64,000 nucleotides of DNA from Formosa sp. Hel1_33_131. Its GTDB lineage: Bacteria; Bacteroidota; Bacteroidia; Flavobacteriales; Flavobacteriaceae. This document shows, piece after piece, positions 1 through 10,875 of the stretch. A program made the position numbers and the translations under genes. Position 1 is the stretch's first letter; the number at the start of each line of letters is the position of its first letter. The stretch is from assembly GCA_949499105.1 (NCBI GenBank), contig CATEFX010000057.1:13336-77335 (forward strand). The letters run 5' to 3'. Below the pieces are notes generated by a model. The model was not told the DNA's origin and did not search any database. It saw only the letters and a program-made list of their open reading frames with translations.

Positions 1-691
1 CTTTTTGAGGTGTTTTTAATTCAAAAAATCCGTGACTTGAAATCAATTCATCGACGCGACCAGAAAAAAGATTGACTCCTTTTCTTAAAACCACCACATG
101 CGTACACACTTTTTCAACTTCATCTAAGAGATGTGAAGCCAGTAAAATTGTAGTTCCGTTTTGGGCGATGGATTTTATAATTTCTCTAATTTGATGAATC
201 CCTTGAGGGTCTAAACCATTTGTTGGTTCGTCTAAAATTAATATTTCTGGGTCATTGAGAAGTGCCGAGGCAATTGCCAAGCGTTGTTTCATCCCTAAAG
301 AAAAGGCACTAAATTTGCTATCTTTCCGATCTATGAGTCCAACGATTTCTAAGGTCTTATTTATGGTGTCATAGGGGATTTCTTTAATTTTACAGACCAA
401 TTTAAGGTTTTGATATGCAGTCATGTACGGATAAAAATTGGGGTGTTCAATAATAGCCCCCACTTTTTTGAGCGCTTGATGCGTTGTCATTGAACCACCA
501 AACCAAGAGAAATTTCCAGACGTTTTATTTACAACGTTTAAAATAATTCCTAAAGTAGTAGATTTCCCACTCCCGTTGGGTCCTAAGATCCCATAGATAT
601 TTCCTTTGCCAATGTTAAATGTTAGATCACTGACTGCTGTTAGAAGTCCGAATTTTTTTGTAAGATTTGAAATTTTAAGAATCGATTCCAA
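1..691 (-). CDS. ABC transporter ATP-binding protein (BcrA/CcmA-like), runs off left edge
   Basis: Manual translation from TTG at 691: MESILKISNLTKKFG...GPNGSGKST (Walker A), FSLGMKQRLAIA (signature), LILDEPTNGLD (Walker B), SHLLDEVE (H-loop). Confidence 0.9.
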   Translation of the reverse strand, partial: MESILKISNLTKKFGLLTAVSDLTFNIGKGNIYGILGPNGSGKSTTLGIILNVVNKTSGNFSWFGGSMTTHQALKKVGAIIEHPNFYPYMTAYQNLKLVCKIKEIPYDTINKTLEIVGLIDRKDSKFSAFSLGMKQRLAIASALLNDPEILILDEPTNGLDPQGIHQIREIIKSIAQNGTTILLASHLLDEVEKVCTHVVVLRKGVNLFSGRVDELISSHGFFELKTPQK

Positions 692-823
692 TGGGCTATA
701 ATTTGGTTAGTTACTATAAGTTTAGACGAGATATTGTCAATTTTGTTACAAGTTAAAAAATAAAACTTAATTTTGGGATTCAAGTTAAACAATGAATTGA
801 GCCTGTTCGAAATTTTATTTTTT

Positions 824-1888
824 ATGAAAGACGATTTAAAAATATCACTTAAAAAACCTTCATACCCTGTAAATACGGGCTTAAAGGCCTATTTACAGAA
901 ATTCAATCGTACGATTCGATTGCCTATTTTTTATGATGATTTACTTCGTTTTCAAGGCTCTGTTGTGGTTTATGATAAAAATGATAAGGATACGCTTTGG
1001 GTCCGAACATATTATAGCGAGTTTGACCGTCAAGAAATAGATTTATGTCTCAAGAAAGTATATACGACCCTGCATTCTGATGGAAATGAAAAGACCATTC
1101 CGTTCTTAAATGTGGATGCCATTGACTATTGTACGTTTGGTAATTCAAAACCATTTCGCATAAAAATCAGAAATATACTCAATGATAATTATGCATATTT
1201 TTATGTTAAAAAGGCGGATGCTTCCCGAATCTATGGTTTGGAATTGGAACATATGCTATCGCCTCATAACTTAAATTTTCTGGTGTTTGAAGACACCCTT
1301 ATTGAAGAGCATATTACAGGGATTCCTGGGGATGTATTTATAGAAACCATGTTGCCAAATTGTACGCCTTCCGAAACATCTCAAATAGCAAAAGAGTTTG
1401 TAAAATTTAATGAACGGTGTATGATTCGTTTGTTAGGAGATATGCGTTCTTATAATTATGTAATTGTTCCAACGCATGACTTTGATCATGTGGTTTACAC
1501 GATTCGAGCGATTGATTTTGATCAACAATGTTATGAAGGGAAATTCAATGTATACCGTCCACAATTTTTCAAAGAAAATTTTAAGATGGTTGATTTGGTA
1601 TCAGGAAAATTTAAAAAGGAATCCATCAATCAGTATAAATTAGAAGAGCGGTCAATTGTTGCAAAACGTTTGATGAGTTTTAAAAACCGAATTGAACGGT
1701 TGATACGCTGTATGATGTCTGATACGCTTTCGACTCCCGAGCATGAAACCTTATTGAAGACTAAAATACACGAATACACTGGAGATGTTCGGTTTTTGAA
1801 CAGTAAAAATATGGGAGAAATTTTAAAAAATTCTTTGAGTTTTGTAAAACGTAATTATCAAACAGAAAATTCGGGAATTTTCTTTTAA
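824..1888 (+). CDS. Conserved hypothetical protein with atypical (PI3K/HipA-like) kinase motifs
   Basis: 371-aa ORF, likely start ATG 824; contains YVKK, LLGDMRSYN and AIDFD motifs. Confidence 0.7.
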   Translation: MKDDLKISLKKPSYPVNTGLKAYLQKFNRTIRLPIFYDDLLRFQGSVVVYDKNDKDTLWVRTYYSEFDRQEIDLCLKKVYTTLHSDGNEKTIPFLNVDAIDYCTFGNSKPFRIKIRNILNDNYAYFYVKKADASRIYGLELEHMLSPHNLNFLVFEDTLIEEHITGIPGDVFIETMLPNCTPSETSQIAKEFVKFNERCMIRLLGDMRSYNYVIVPTHDFDHVVYTIRAIDFDQQCYEGKFNVYRPQFFKENFKMVDLVSGKFKKESINQYKLEERSIVAKRLMSFKNRIERLIRCMMSDTLSTPEHETLLKTKIHEYTGDVRFLNSKNMGEILKNSLSFVKRNYQTENSGIFF

Positions 1889-2403
1889 TTCCAGTTTTCT
1901 TCAAAGTCCAAATGATCGTAATCATCGGTGCCGTATCCATCTTCAAATTCATCAAAAGGATCTTCACCGCCTTCGGCTTCAAATACCTTTTCAGGAGCTT
2001 CGCCTGGAACTTGTCCGTGTACAAAAAGTAAGTTAGGATAATCGGTTCCTTGTGCTTCTTCTACCACCTCGCCCAATTCGACCATAAAAGTCCACATACT
2101 TAGAAAATCATACACATAGATAAGCTTTGTGCGATTTTCAGTGACGGCAGAATTAAGGATCGTTTGGCTCATGAGTTGAATATCACTTCCTCCTTCGCTC
2201 ATATCAAATAAAGAGATTTCTTCGCCTTGATTCCATTCATCATCACTAATGTAAAATGAGGCCATTTCACTGCCATCAAACCCAAAAGATTGGGTGATCA
2301 CATTGTGTAAATCCTCGAGAGTATCAGTGTCTCTGATTTCAATATCTCTAAAAATATCCTCTTTGGTATCGTTGTCTAAAACAACTCTAAATCTAAAAAT
2401 CAT
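1885..2403 (-). CDS. pRiA4b ORF-3-like (IS1096 passenger TnpR family) protein
   Basis: RDIEI..TLEDLHNVI..SFGF and KLIYVYDFLSMWTF motifs; acidic tail. Confidence 0.75.
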   Translation of the reverse strand: MIFRFRVVLDNDTKEDIFRDIEIRDTDTLEDLHNVITQSFGFDGSEMASFYISDDEWNQGEEISLFDMSEGGSDIQLMSQTILNSAVTENRTKLIYVYDFLSMWTFMVELGEVVEEAQGTDYPNLLFVHGQVPGEAPEKVFEAEGGEDPFDEFEDGYGTDDYDHLDFEENWN

Positions 2404-2441
2404 AATTCAATAATATTAAACAAATATAAGATGCATTTTTC

Positions 2442-3476
2442 TTATGCGAGTTGGTTTTGTCTTTTATTATGTAAGACTTCTAGAAGGATATAACTCTGAA
2501 TTCCAAACAGAATCGATGCAATTACCAAATGTAGGGGTTGGCTCAGAAAAGGAAACTCAAAGTAGTACATCAGAATTCCGGTTCCTGCTTCAAGAATGAT
2601 ACAGTAAATCACTAATTTAATTTTGTGATATCCTAATGATTTTGATCGGTTTAGATGCCATAAATAGCCATTTAAAGCTAAGACCAAAATAGAAGTAGAT
2701 CGGTGGATATAAAAATTTAAATCGGGGGAAGCGAGCCAAAGCGCTTTTTGGTAGCCTATCAGTTTTGTTTGCTCATCGACAAATTGCCGAACTTGAGTCC
2801 CTAAAATAATTTGAACTAATGACACTACAAGTGCTAAAACTAAAATATTAAAAAAACGATTTTGATATATCTGAGTTTTATAATTGCTTTTTGATGCAAA
2901 TATAAGATACAAAATAAACGCCACGATGAGTAATGCCATCACCATGTGAATGGTGATTTTATAAGGCGCTAGATTTGAGTCTACCACCGTTTTTCCAAGC
3001 CAAGCTTGAAAGCCCATCCCAAATAGGGTGAGAATGGATACGATCGGAATCCATTTATTTTTTTTCCAAAACCAAAACGATAAGACTGTAAAAATTAAAA
3101 TGGGAATTCCAGATACAACCCCAACCAGTCGATTGATAAATTCTACCCAAGTATGCACGGGGTCATAGTTGGTGTAATCGTGTTTGCTATAGGTCTCCCA
3201 ATTAGTGGTATCAAGGGTGTCACTAGAAATAAAATCAGTTTTGGCAACCAAAAACGCTTCCTGATCTATAAGAATCATCATGCCTTTTTTATACGCATGC
3301 TTGGGTTCAAAATCTAACTGTTTGCTGTCGGTTGGTGGGACATAATATCCAAAACATTTTGGCCAGTCTGGACAGCCCATTCCGGAGCCAGTCATGCGGA
3401 CGATAGCCCCCGCAACAATAACGAAGTAGATGAGTACTAACGCAATTTTTGAGATCGTTCTAAATTTATTTTTCAT
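2442..3476 (-). CDS. ctaA: Heme A synthase, COX15/CtaA family
   Basis: [24 protein letters not shown], conserved His in TM helices. Confidence 0.85.
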   Translation of the reverse strand: MKNKFRTISKIALVLIYFVIVAGAIVRMTGSGMGCPDWPKCFGYYVPPTDSKQLDFEPKHAYKKGMMILIDQEAFLVAKTDFISSDTLDTTNWETYSKHDYTNYDPVHTWVEFINRLVGVVSGIPILIFTVLSFWFWKKNKWIPIVSILTLFGMGFQAWLGKTVVDSNLAPYKITIHMVMALLIVAFILYLIFASKSNYKTQIYQNRFFNILVLALVVSLVQIILGTQVRQFVDEQTKLIGYQKALWLASPDLNFYIHRSTSILVLALNGYLWHLNRSKSLGYHKIKLVIYCIILEAGTGILMYYFEFPFLSQPLHLVIASILFGIQSYILLEVLHNKRQNQLA

Positions 3477-4908
3477 CGGCGATTTTTAATCCTAAATCAG
3501 TTCCTTTTTTCAACATCAATTCAAAGGCTTTTTGAGGTTCATTTGGAATGACACCGTCCAAAATAGCTTCTTTGATAAATTCTTTAATGACTCCAATCTC
3601 TCTCGAAGGTCCTAGGTTAAAGGTCTTCATAATTGTTTCACCCGAAATTGGTGGTTGGAAGTCCCGCAGTCGGTCGCGTTCTTCCACCTCCACAATTTTC
3701 TCACGAACAAGTTTAAAATTATGGTGATATTTCTTGAATTTGTAAGGGTTTTTGGTGGTGATGTCTGCTTCACAAAGCGTCATTAAATCTTCTGAAAATT
3801 CTCCAGCATCAAAAACCAAACGTCTCACAGCAGAGTCCGTAATATTTTCTTGTGCCAATACAATCGGTCGCGAACTCATAAAAACGAGTTTTTGAACGTA
3901 TTTCATTTTATCATTTAAAGGCATTTTTAAACGCTTAAATAAAAAATAAACCATTTTTGAGCCCTTCAATTCATGCCCATGAAAGGTCCAGCCGACTTTT
4001 TTGCTAAATCGCTTTGTCGGCGCTTTTCCAATATCGTGCAGCAGTGCCGCCCAGCGCAGCCATACATTATCCGTGTGAGGGCAAATATTATCAACCACTT
4101 CAAGGGTATGATAAAAATTATCTTTATGCTTTTGTCCTTCCAGTTCATCGACCCCTTTCAACTCGGTCAATTCAGGTAAGATGCGTTCCAATAAGCCTGT
4201 TTTTTCAAGCAATAGAAACCCAATAGATGGTTTTTTACTTTCTAATATTTTTTGAAGCTCCACGTTGATGCGCTCCTTTGTAATAATTTCGATGCGCTGC
4301 GACTGTTCTTTGATCGCCTTAAAGGAAGTGACTTCAATCTCAAAATCGAGTTGAGTTGCAAAACGAATGGCTCTCAGCATACGTAAAGGATCATCGCTAT
4401 AGGTAATTACAGGGTCTAAAGGGGTTTTGATGCGTTTTTCAGACAAATCCTTCCGTCCATCAAAAGGATCTAAGAGCGTTCCGTAAGTCGCAGTATTTAA
4501 GCTAATTGCCATCGCATTGATTGTGAAATCTCTGCGGTTTTGATCTTCTTCTAAAGTGCCATCTTCTACAATGGGGTTCCTACTGTCTTCGTTATAAGAT
4601 TCTTTTCGAGCGCCTACAAATTCCAGTTCAACGCCTTCATAATTAATCATGGCCGTGCCATAGGTTTTAAAGATTTGAACTTTAGGATTATTAGGAAGGT
4701 TTTTAGCAACTCGTTTTGCAAGTGCGATACCGCTTCCAATCGCCACAATATCAATGTCTTTTTTATGTCCGCGTCCTAAAACAAAATCACGTACAAATCC
4801 CCCAATCACATAGCAATCGACGCCTAAATCGTCTGCGGATTTTGAGATCACCTGAAAAATAGGGGCGGTCACTGCCTGTTTGTAATTCATGTGTTGAGTG
4901 GTTTCCAA
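3466..4908 (-). CDS. cca: CCA tRNA nucleotidyltransferase / poly(A) polymerase family with HD domain
   Basis: [39 protein letters not shown]. Confidence 0.9.
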   Translation of the reverse strand: METTQHMNYKQAVTAPIFQVISKSADDLGVDCYVIGGFVRDFVLGRGHKKDIDIVAIGSGIALAKRVAKNLPNNPKVQIFKTYGTAMINYEGVELEFVGARKESYNEDSRNPIVEDGTLEEDQNRRDFTINAMAISLNTATYGTLLDPFDGRKDLSEKRIKTPLDPVITYSDDPLRMLRAIRFATQLDFEIEVTSFKAIKEQSQRIEIITKERINVELQKILESKKPSIGFLLLEKTGLLERILPELTELKGVDELEGQKHKDNFYHTLEVVDNICPHTDNVWLRWAALLHDIGKAPTKRFSKKVGWTFHGHELKGSKMVYFLFKRLKMPLNDKMKYVQKLVFMSSRPIVLAQENITDSAVRRLVFDAGEFSEDLMTLCEADITTKNPYKFKKYHHNFKLVREKIVEVEERDRLRDFQPPISGETIMKTFNLGPSREIGVIKEFIKEAILDGVIPNEPQKAFELMLKKGTDLGLKIADEK

Positions 4909-4920
4909 AGGTTCAATAAA

Positions 4921-5484
4921 TTATTTTCTAATCACTTTTACTTCGCCGTTGTTACTCAGTTTTATAATTGAAGACGGTTTTGAAGCGTTTTTTGTACGCT
5001 CCAAATTTACGACATAGTCCACACCTTTTAAAATATAGTCTTCAATTTCTTGAAAGGATTTTGGGGTGGGATTTCCAGAAATATTGGCAGAGGTAGACAC
5101 AATCGGTTTTTTAAATCGTTTGAGCAAATCGGCACAAAACCCTTCTTTAACCATCCGAATGGCTAAGGTGTTGTCTGGTGCAATAAGGTTCTCTGTGACT
5201 CGTAAAGGTTTGTCATAAATGATGGTAGTTGGTGCGGTCGCATATTCTAAAATGCTGTAAGCAGCTTCCGGAATATCTTCAATGTGATAATTTAACATAT
5301 TAAAATCACTGACCAAGCAAATCATGGTTTTTTGATCGTCACGATTTTTGAGCTTATATAACTTTTCGACCGCAGCAAAATTAGTTGCATCACAGCCTAA
5401 TCCCCAAACCGTATCGGTAGGGTAAAGGATGATTCCGCCTTGTTTGAGCGTTTTAATGGTGTTGTTTAGTTCAAGAGATTCCAT
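4921..5484 (-). CDS. tsaC: L-threonylcarbamoyladenylate synthase (Sua5/YrdC)
   Basis: YPTDTVWGLGCD, KLKNR, STSANISG. Confidence 0.9.
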   Translation of the reverse strand: MESLELNNTIKTLKQGGIILYPTDTVWGLGCDATNFAAVEKLYKLKNRDDQKTMICLVSDFNMLNYHIEDIPEAAYSILEYATAPTTIIYDKPLRVTENLIAPDNTLAIRMVKEGFCADLLKRFKKPIVSTSANISGNPTPKSFQEIEDYILKGVDYVVNLERTKNASKPSSIIKLSNNGEVKVIRK

Positions 5485-5631
5485 AAAGGAGACGTTTGTT
5501 TTTGGCTTTGTTAGAATGCATTTTTACAGACTAAAAATGATTTTATACATCAAATAAATGTTTTGTAAATTTACATCAAATTTTTAAAATAAGAGACTTT
5601 TAAAAAGCACCACATTATTCCAATCAATCAC

Positions 5632-6393
5632 ATGAAAATTGTCAATATAGTTATTCCGATATACAAAACAAATTTAGACGATTTTGAGGTAAAATCTTTG
5701 AAACAATTTCTGCTGGTGTTGGGAAATTACCCCACAACATTGGTGATTCCAGAACACTTAGAAGTGTCTGAATTTCTAAAAACATACCAGTTAGAGCAGT
5801 GCACTATTGAACGTTTTGATAACGCCTATTTTTCTTCAGTTTTTGGGTATAATAAACTCATGTTGATGGAAGCGTTTTATGCGCGTTTTGAAGCCTATAA
5901 ATATATTTTAATTTATCAACTTGATGCCTATGTTTTTAGAGATGAACTGTTAGATTGGTGTTCTAAAGACTACGACTACATTGGCGCTCCGTGGATTGCA
6001 ACCCCCAATAAAGGGTTCAAAAAACTAGTATCACTTTTTGATTCTAAGAAAAAGAAAGCGCGTTCTAGTATCTTTTATAAGGTTGGTAATGGCGGTTTTT
6101 CATTACGAAAAGTGAGGTCGCACATTGCTAATTCAAAGAAAATGAAGTCGGTAATAGAACAGAACTTAAAACGATCAAAGGACGATTTTAGAATTATGGA
6201 AGATGTATTTTGGTCCTCAATTCCTGAACAGGACCCTCGTTTTTTAATTCCGGATTATAAAGAAGGGTTGCGATTTGCTTTTGACCGAAAACCAGATCTT
6301 GCTTTCAAGCTAAACAACAACAAACTGCCCTTTGGATGTCATGGATTTGAAAAGCCAAAAGTGAAAGCTTTTTGGGAGCAGATGATGTCCTAG
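5632..6393 (+). CDS. DUF5672-like glycosyltransferase-associated protein
   Basis: LIYQLDAYVF, YDYIGAPW, VGNGGFSLR, EDVFW, PFGCHG motifs; LPS cluster context. Confidence 0.75.
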   Translation: MKIVNIVIPIYKTNLDDFEVKSLKQFLLVLGNYPTTLVIPEHLEVSEFLKTYQLEQCTIERFDNAYFSSVFGYNKLMLMEAFYARFEAYKYILIYQLDAYVFRDELLDWCSKDYDYIGAPWIATPNKGFKKLVSLFDSKKKKARSSIFYKVGNGGFSLRKVRSHIANSKKMKSVIEQNLKRSKDDFRIMEDVFWSSIPEQDPRFLIPDYKEGLRFAFDRKPDLAFKLNNNKLPFGCHGFEKPKVKAFWEQMMS

Positions 6394-6397
6394 TCTT

Positions 6398-7159
6398 TTA
6401 ATTCCTAGCAGCTTTCCAATGGCCTCTTAGCTTGGAATACTTTAGATATGTAACTCTAAATGTTTGTTTGCAAATTCGCCAGCCATTCACGCCGTCCAAA
6501 ATACCAAATCTTAAAAAATAAGCTTTAAAAAAGGCCCATGAGGGCCTCACTATCAATTTAAAAAGCGAGGCTTTGATTCCTAATTCAAAATAGGCATTTG
6601 CTGCAATGCTAGAAAAGTTTTCAACTTTTTGTTTGTGTTCGTCGTAGTCTCTGTAAATCCAATGTAAAAGATCGCCTTTTAGATGTCCGCTTTTAATAGT
6701 GGGTTTTAATTTATAAGAATCGTGCGGATTGATGCCTTTCCATTCTCCATGGCCTTTTTTAAAAAGTCTTAACTTTTTATCCGGATACCAATCTGAAAAG
6801 TGAATCCACTGTCCACAATAATTATTCTTACGATTGGAGTAATAGCCGTCAAATTTCCAGTTTTTCTTCACCTCCAAAATGGACTTTTTTAAGCGGTCCG
6901 AAAGTGCTTCATCACCATCCAAAGACAAAATATAATCGAAGTTTGCTTGTGCCACTGCAAAGTTTTTTTGCTCTTTATAGCCCAAAAATTCTTGAGGGAT
7001 AAAACGGACCTTAAATTTTTCGCAAATGGCTTGAGTTTTATCAGTAGAGTAGGAGTCCACTACCACAATTTCATCAACAATACCCACTAAAGATGCCAAG
7101 CATTTTTCTAAATGCTCTTCTTCATTATAGGTAATAATAACGCCTGAAATTTTAATCAT
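6398..7159 (-). CDS. Glycosyltransferase family 2 (WaaE/KdtX-like LPS core)
   Basis: IITYNEE, VVDSYSTD, LSLDGDE, HW.. Confidence 0.9.
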   Translation of the reverse strand: MIKISGVIITYNEEEHLEKCLASLVGIVDEIVVVDSYSTDKTQAICEKFKVRFIPQEFLGYKEQKNFAVAQANFDYILSLDGDEALSDRLKKSILEVKKNWKFDGYYSNRKNNYCGQWIHFSDWYPDKKLRLFKKGHGEWKGINPHDSYKLKPTIKSGHLKGDLLHWIYRDYDEHKQKVENFSSIAANAYFELGIKASLFKLIVRPSWAFFKAYFLRFGILDGVNGWRICKQTFRVTYLKYSKLRGHWKAARN

Positions 7160-7161
7160 AT

Positions 7162-7872
7162 TTATTCAATATTTCGATACATAAGCCAAAGAAATAAATA
7201 CGTTTTAAATTCTTCAAATGCTTTTAAATAGGCAAAAACAAAGCCTTCTTTTCCATCCAAAAAACCAAGTTTGAACACGAAATTTACTTTGAGTTCCCAC
7301 AAGGGTTTCCATAATAAATGAAAAAAATTGGGTCGCTTTTTACGAGCGAATAGTTCGCTTGCTCTTTGTTTTGCTTTTTTGGTTAATCGTTCATTATAAC
7401 TATCAAAATCTAAATAGATTTCATCAATGGGATGTTTTAATGTGTTGGTATTCAGTTTAGAGTCCGTCACTTTTGTAGGATACAATAATGGACTAATAGA
7501 CGTTCGATACCCCGAATACTGCATCCACTTCCCCATAAAATTGAAACGCGTTTTAGCGTTATAAACACCCGAAAGAGGTGTGTTTGTTGCAATCTCAATA
7601 ATTTCCTGAGACAACGGATTCGAAATGCAGCGATTGGCTTCCAAGGCTAAAATCCATTTGTGGGATGCTTTTTTGCGCGCGTCTTGTGTCATTTGATAGA
7701 CATCAACAGACTCAGATTCTATAAATTGAATAGGGGACGAATGCTGTAGTTCTGAACGTACTATTTGTTCCATTTCCCCAATGATAATAAGCTCATCAAC
7801 AAACGATACGCTTGCAATGCAGTCTTTTAGGTACTTGTGGTCGTCAAACGAAATAACAATGGCACTAATCAT
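7162..7872 (-). CDS. Degenerate GT2-like protein (DxD motif lost)
   Basis: Aligns by eye with neighbouring GT2s (ASVSFVDELII, WILALEANR, GFLDGKEGF) but lacks DS.STD and DxD. Confidence 0.65.
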   Translation of the reverse strand: MISAIVISFDDHKYLKDCIASVSFVDELIIIGEMEQIVRSELQHSSPIQFIESESVDVYQMTQDARKKASHKWILALEANRCISNPLSQEIIEIATNTPLSGVYNAKTRFNFMGKWMQYSGYRTSISPLLYPTKVTDSKLNTNTLKHPIDEIYLDFDSYNERLTKKAKQRASELFARKKRPNFFHLLWKPLWELKVNFVFKLGFLDGKEGFVFAYLKAFEEFKTYLFLWLMYRNIE

Positions 7873-7953
7873 GAAATATAAAACTATTTAAAAATAATTA
7901 TGTAGTCGGCTGTAAAAGTAATAATTTTACGTTGAATATAAGCTATCGAATCA

Positions 7954-8676
7954 ATGTCGCGTTTACCAATTTTAATGTACCATGCTATTTGTAAAAATCC
8001 TTCTGAAAGTAAGGGGCTCACATTGAGCTATGATAAATTGGAAGCACAGTTTAAGTATTTAGTTTCAAAAGGCTATACAAGTTTACATTTTAGGGATATT
8101 CAGAGGTTTAAAAACACCGATGAATTCCCAAAAAAACCAATCATTATCACTTTTGATGATGTGTATGTAAATCAATATGAATTCGCATACCCGCTTCTCA
8201 AAAAATATAATTTGAAAGCCTGTTTTTATGCACCGTTAGCGCATGTGGGTGGGTTTGATTCTTGGAATCAGGGCTCAGAACCTCTCATGAGTGTTTCACA
8301 ATTAAAGGCCTTAGATCCGGAGGTGGTAGAGCTTGGGTTGCATTCTTTTGAGCACCGTCCTTATGATTCATTATCTATAGAGTCCATACAAGACGATTTT
8401 AAAAAATGTCAGGATTTTATTTCTAAACACGAACTGAATGTTTGTAATGTATTGGCCTATCCATATGGGAAGTTCCCTCGAAAAGAGCCTTTAGAATCTT
8501 TGTTTTTCAAAGAATTATCGACTCAAAAAGTGGCCTATGGTTTGCGCATTGGCAACCGATTGAATAGACTCCCTTTTAAAAATAATTATGAACTCAATCG
8601 ATTGGATATTAAAGGGGAAGAACCTCTATTTAAATTCAAACTAAAATTAAAATTAGGAAAGCTCTCTTTATTTTAA
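7954..8676 (+). CDS. Polysaccharide deacetylase (NodB/CE4)
   Basis: LPILMYH, ITFDD, HSFEH, LAYPYG. Confidence 0.9.
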   Translation: MSRLPILMYHAICKNPSESKGLTLSYDKLEAQFKYLVSKGYTSLHFRDIQRFKNTDEFPKKPIIITFDDVYVNQYEFAYPLLKKYNLKACFYAPLAHVGGFDSWNQGSEPLMSVSQLKALDPEVVELGLHSFEHRPYDSLSIESIQDDFKKCQDFISKHELNVCNVLAYPYGKFPRKEPLESLFFKELSTQKVAYGLRIGNRLNRLPFKNNYELNRLDIKGEEPLFKFKLKLKLGKLSLF

Positions 8677-9405
8677 CCCTTTTTTAAGGAGCATTAATTT
8701 TGCATACCTTGAAAACACGCCGTAGGCATTTATTCCAGCGACTGCAAGTCCAGGGACACCGTCTAAAAAACCGCGTTTTATGATGTATTCATGAAAAAAT
8801 CGATACATCGGCTTAAACGCTAAATGAAAATAACTCATTCCTTTGCCTTTCGATAATTGACGTTCAGCTTGAAACCAAGCATAGCTGTCTTTTTTCCCAA
8901 TATAATGTACGAGTCCTTTGTAAGTGTAGTGCAGGACTTTGTTTTTAAGGGTCCCAACAGATCCATTTACGATCAATTTTTCATGTACATTACCTTCAAA
9001 ATGACAGTTGGTTCTCTTGACCAATCGGGTCACATCGTTGTAATGATGATACAAAAAGCGATTCATATAGAAATGAGGAAAATTGAGTTTATACCCCGTG
9101 TGTGTATCAGATTCAATCGCTTCTAAAATTTCTTTTTGAAGCGCCTCTGTCACCCGTTCATCTCCATCTAAAAATAAGACCCAATCACAAGTCGCAAATT
9201 GAAGTGCGTGATTTTTTTGATTTGAAAAATTATCAAACTTTCTAGAAATAACTTTACATCCGTGATCGGTTGCAATTTGAACAGTTGCATCGGAACTCAT
9301 GGAATCCACCACAATAATTTCATCAACAAATTTTAGACAATATAAAGCACCCTCTAGGTAGTGAGCTTCGTTATAAGTTGGAATGATAACCGTTAGAGTT
9401 TGCAT
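8668..9405 (-). CDS. Glycosyltransferase family 2
   Basis: IPTYNEA, VVDSMSSD, LFLDGDER, VHE. Confidence 0.9.
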   Translation of the reverse strand: MQTLTVIIPTYNEAHYLEGALYCLKFVDEIIVVDSMSSDATVQIATDHGCKVISRKFDNFSNQKNHALQFATCDWVLFLDGDERVTEALQKEILEAIESDTHTGYKLNFPHFYMNRFLYHHYNDVTRLVKRTNCHFEGNVHEKLIVNGSVGTLKNKVLHYTYKGLVHYIGKKDSYAWFQAERQLSKGKGMSYFHLAFKPMYRFFHEYIIKRGFLDGVPGLAVAGINAYGVFSRYAKLMLLKKGLK

Positions 9406-9438
9406 AGTCGTTTAAAGTGTAAATCTACAAAAAAACTT

Positions 9439-9446
9439 TATATTTG
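9439..9446 (+). promoter_or_regulatory. Bacteroidota -7 promoter element TATATTTG
   Basis: Exact TAnnTTTG consensus ending 6 nt before ATG 9453. Confidence 0.6.
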
Positions 9447-9452
9447 TACCCA

Positions 9453-10283
9453 ATGAATCGTCTAGACACTTCCATTATTATAAGTACTTACAACTCTACC
9501 AAATGGTTAGAGAAAGTACTGCATGGCTACAATAACCAAACGTATAGACTTTTTGAAATTGTGATTGCCGACGATGGATCAAATCAAGAAACATCGGATC
9601 TTATTAAGCAACTCCAAAAGGAGGTTTTTTATCCGATAGTGCATGTGTGGCATGAAGATAACGGATTTCAAAAATCTCAAATATTAAATAAAGCTATCAA
9701 CCACTGTAGCACGCCCTACATTATTATGTCTGATGGGGATTGTATTCCGAGAACTGATTTTGTTGAGATTCATGTAAAACACCGAAAATTAGGATGGTTT
9801 TTGTCTGGTGGCTATTTTATGTTACCGATGAATATTTCAAATCTCATTACGATTGAGGACATTTATAAAGGCCTTTGTTTTAATTTAAAATGGTTAAAAT
9901 CAAACGGTTTAAAATCATCTTTTAAAAACAATAAACTCACTGCAAAAGGGTTTAAATCTTGGTTTTTAAATAGGATCACTCCTACGAATGCCAGCTGGAA
10001 TGGTCATAATGTTTCGGGATGGAAAAAAGATATCATCGCCGTTAATGGGTTTGATGAACGCATGCAATATGGAGGTCAGGATCGCGAACTTGGAGAGCGC
10101 TTATTTAACCATGGTTTAAAGAGTCAACAAATTCGATACAGTTCGATTTGTGTTCATTTGGACCATCCGAGGGGTTATAAAACTAAAAAATCGATTGATA
10201 AAAATTTAGAAATACGAAGAATCGTAAAATCTGAAAAACGCGCTTGGACCGATTTTGGAATTATTAGTTCTGAAAAAAAATAA
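9453..10283 (+). CDS. Glycosyltransferase family 2 with GT7 C-terminal domain
   Basis: IISTYN, IADDGS, SDGDCIP, NGFDERMQYGGQD; start moved from TTG 9444 (inside promoter motif) to ATG 9453. Confidence 0.9.
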   Translation: MNRLDTSIIISTYNSTKWLEKVLHGYNNQTYRLFEIVIADDGSNQETSDLIKQLQKEVFYPIVHVWHEDNGFQKSQILNKAINHCSTPYIIMSDGDCIPRTDFVEIHVKHRKLGWFLSGGYFMLPMNISNLITIEDIYKGLCFNLKWLKSNGLKSSFKNNKLTAKGFKSWFLNRITPTNASWNGHNVSGWKKDIIAVNGFDERMQYGGQDRELGERLFNHGLKSQQIRYSSICVHLDHPRGYKTKKSIDKNLEIRRIVKSEKRAWTDFGIISSEKK

Positions 10284-10287
10284 CGTT

Positions 10288-10875
10288 CTACGTCTTTCGG
10301 TACACCCCAATTTTCCATGAAGTATTTCCATTTTTAGAGTCTACTTTAGAAAATTCGATTTGTTCTAATTCGGGAATGTCAAAATACTCCCAGCATCCCG
10401 TACCTTCTCCAAAAATGGAGGTGATTAAAATGCCGTCTTTTTTAAGTTTACTTAGAATCCGATTGACAACCTTTGCTTTCACAGTGGTATTAATATAATA
10501 AAAAGCTTCATTAAAAACGATGGTATCAAAGTCTTGAGCCGGTGTGTAGTAATGAAGATCTGCCACTTGAAAATCAGCATTTTTAAACTTGTTTTGTAGG
10601 GCTTTCTCAATGGAAACCTTTGAGAAATCGACTCCATAAAAATAGCCGAGATCAAGCGGATCTAGGACCATTCTTAAAACCCCTTCACCAGATCCTAAAT
10701 CTAAAACATGGGGTTTTTCTTGAGAATAGGTTTTAATGATTTCTGAAATTTTCGCATACCGAGGCGCTTCTTTTTCTGTTTTTAAATAGTCCCATTTACC
10801 GTTTCGGTATTGGCGGTTCCATTTTATTTTTTTTCTCCAGATATGAAATCGATCGATAAAGTTTAGAGTGTTCAT
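10288..10875 (-). CDS. Class I SAM-dependent methyltransferase
   Basis: VLDLGSGEG, GVDFS, FDTIVFNEAFYY. Confidence 0.85.
   Translation of the reverse strand: MNTLNFIDRFHIWRKKIKWNRQYRNGKWDYLKTEKEAPRYAKISEIIKTYSQEKPHVLDLGSGEGVLRMVLDPLDLGYFYGVDFSKVSIEKALQNKFKNADFQVADLHYYTPAQDFDTIVFNEAFYYINTTVKAKVVNRILSKLKKDGILITSIFGEGTGCWEYFDIPELEQIEFSKVDSKNGNTSWKIGVYRKT

Noticed and set aside
1885-2403. IS element implied by the 'IS1096 passenger TnpR' family name
   Set aside because: No transposase, terminal repeats or target duplication; the gene sits in a housekeeping context.
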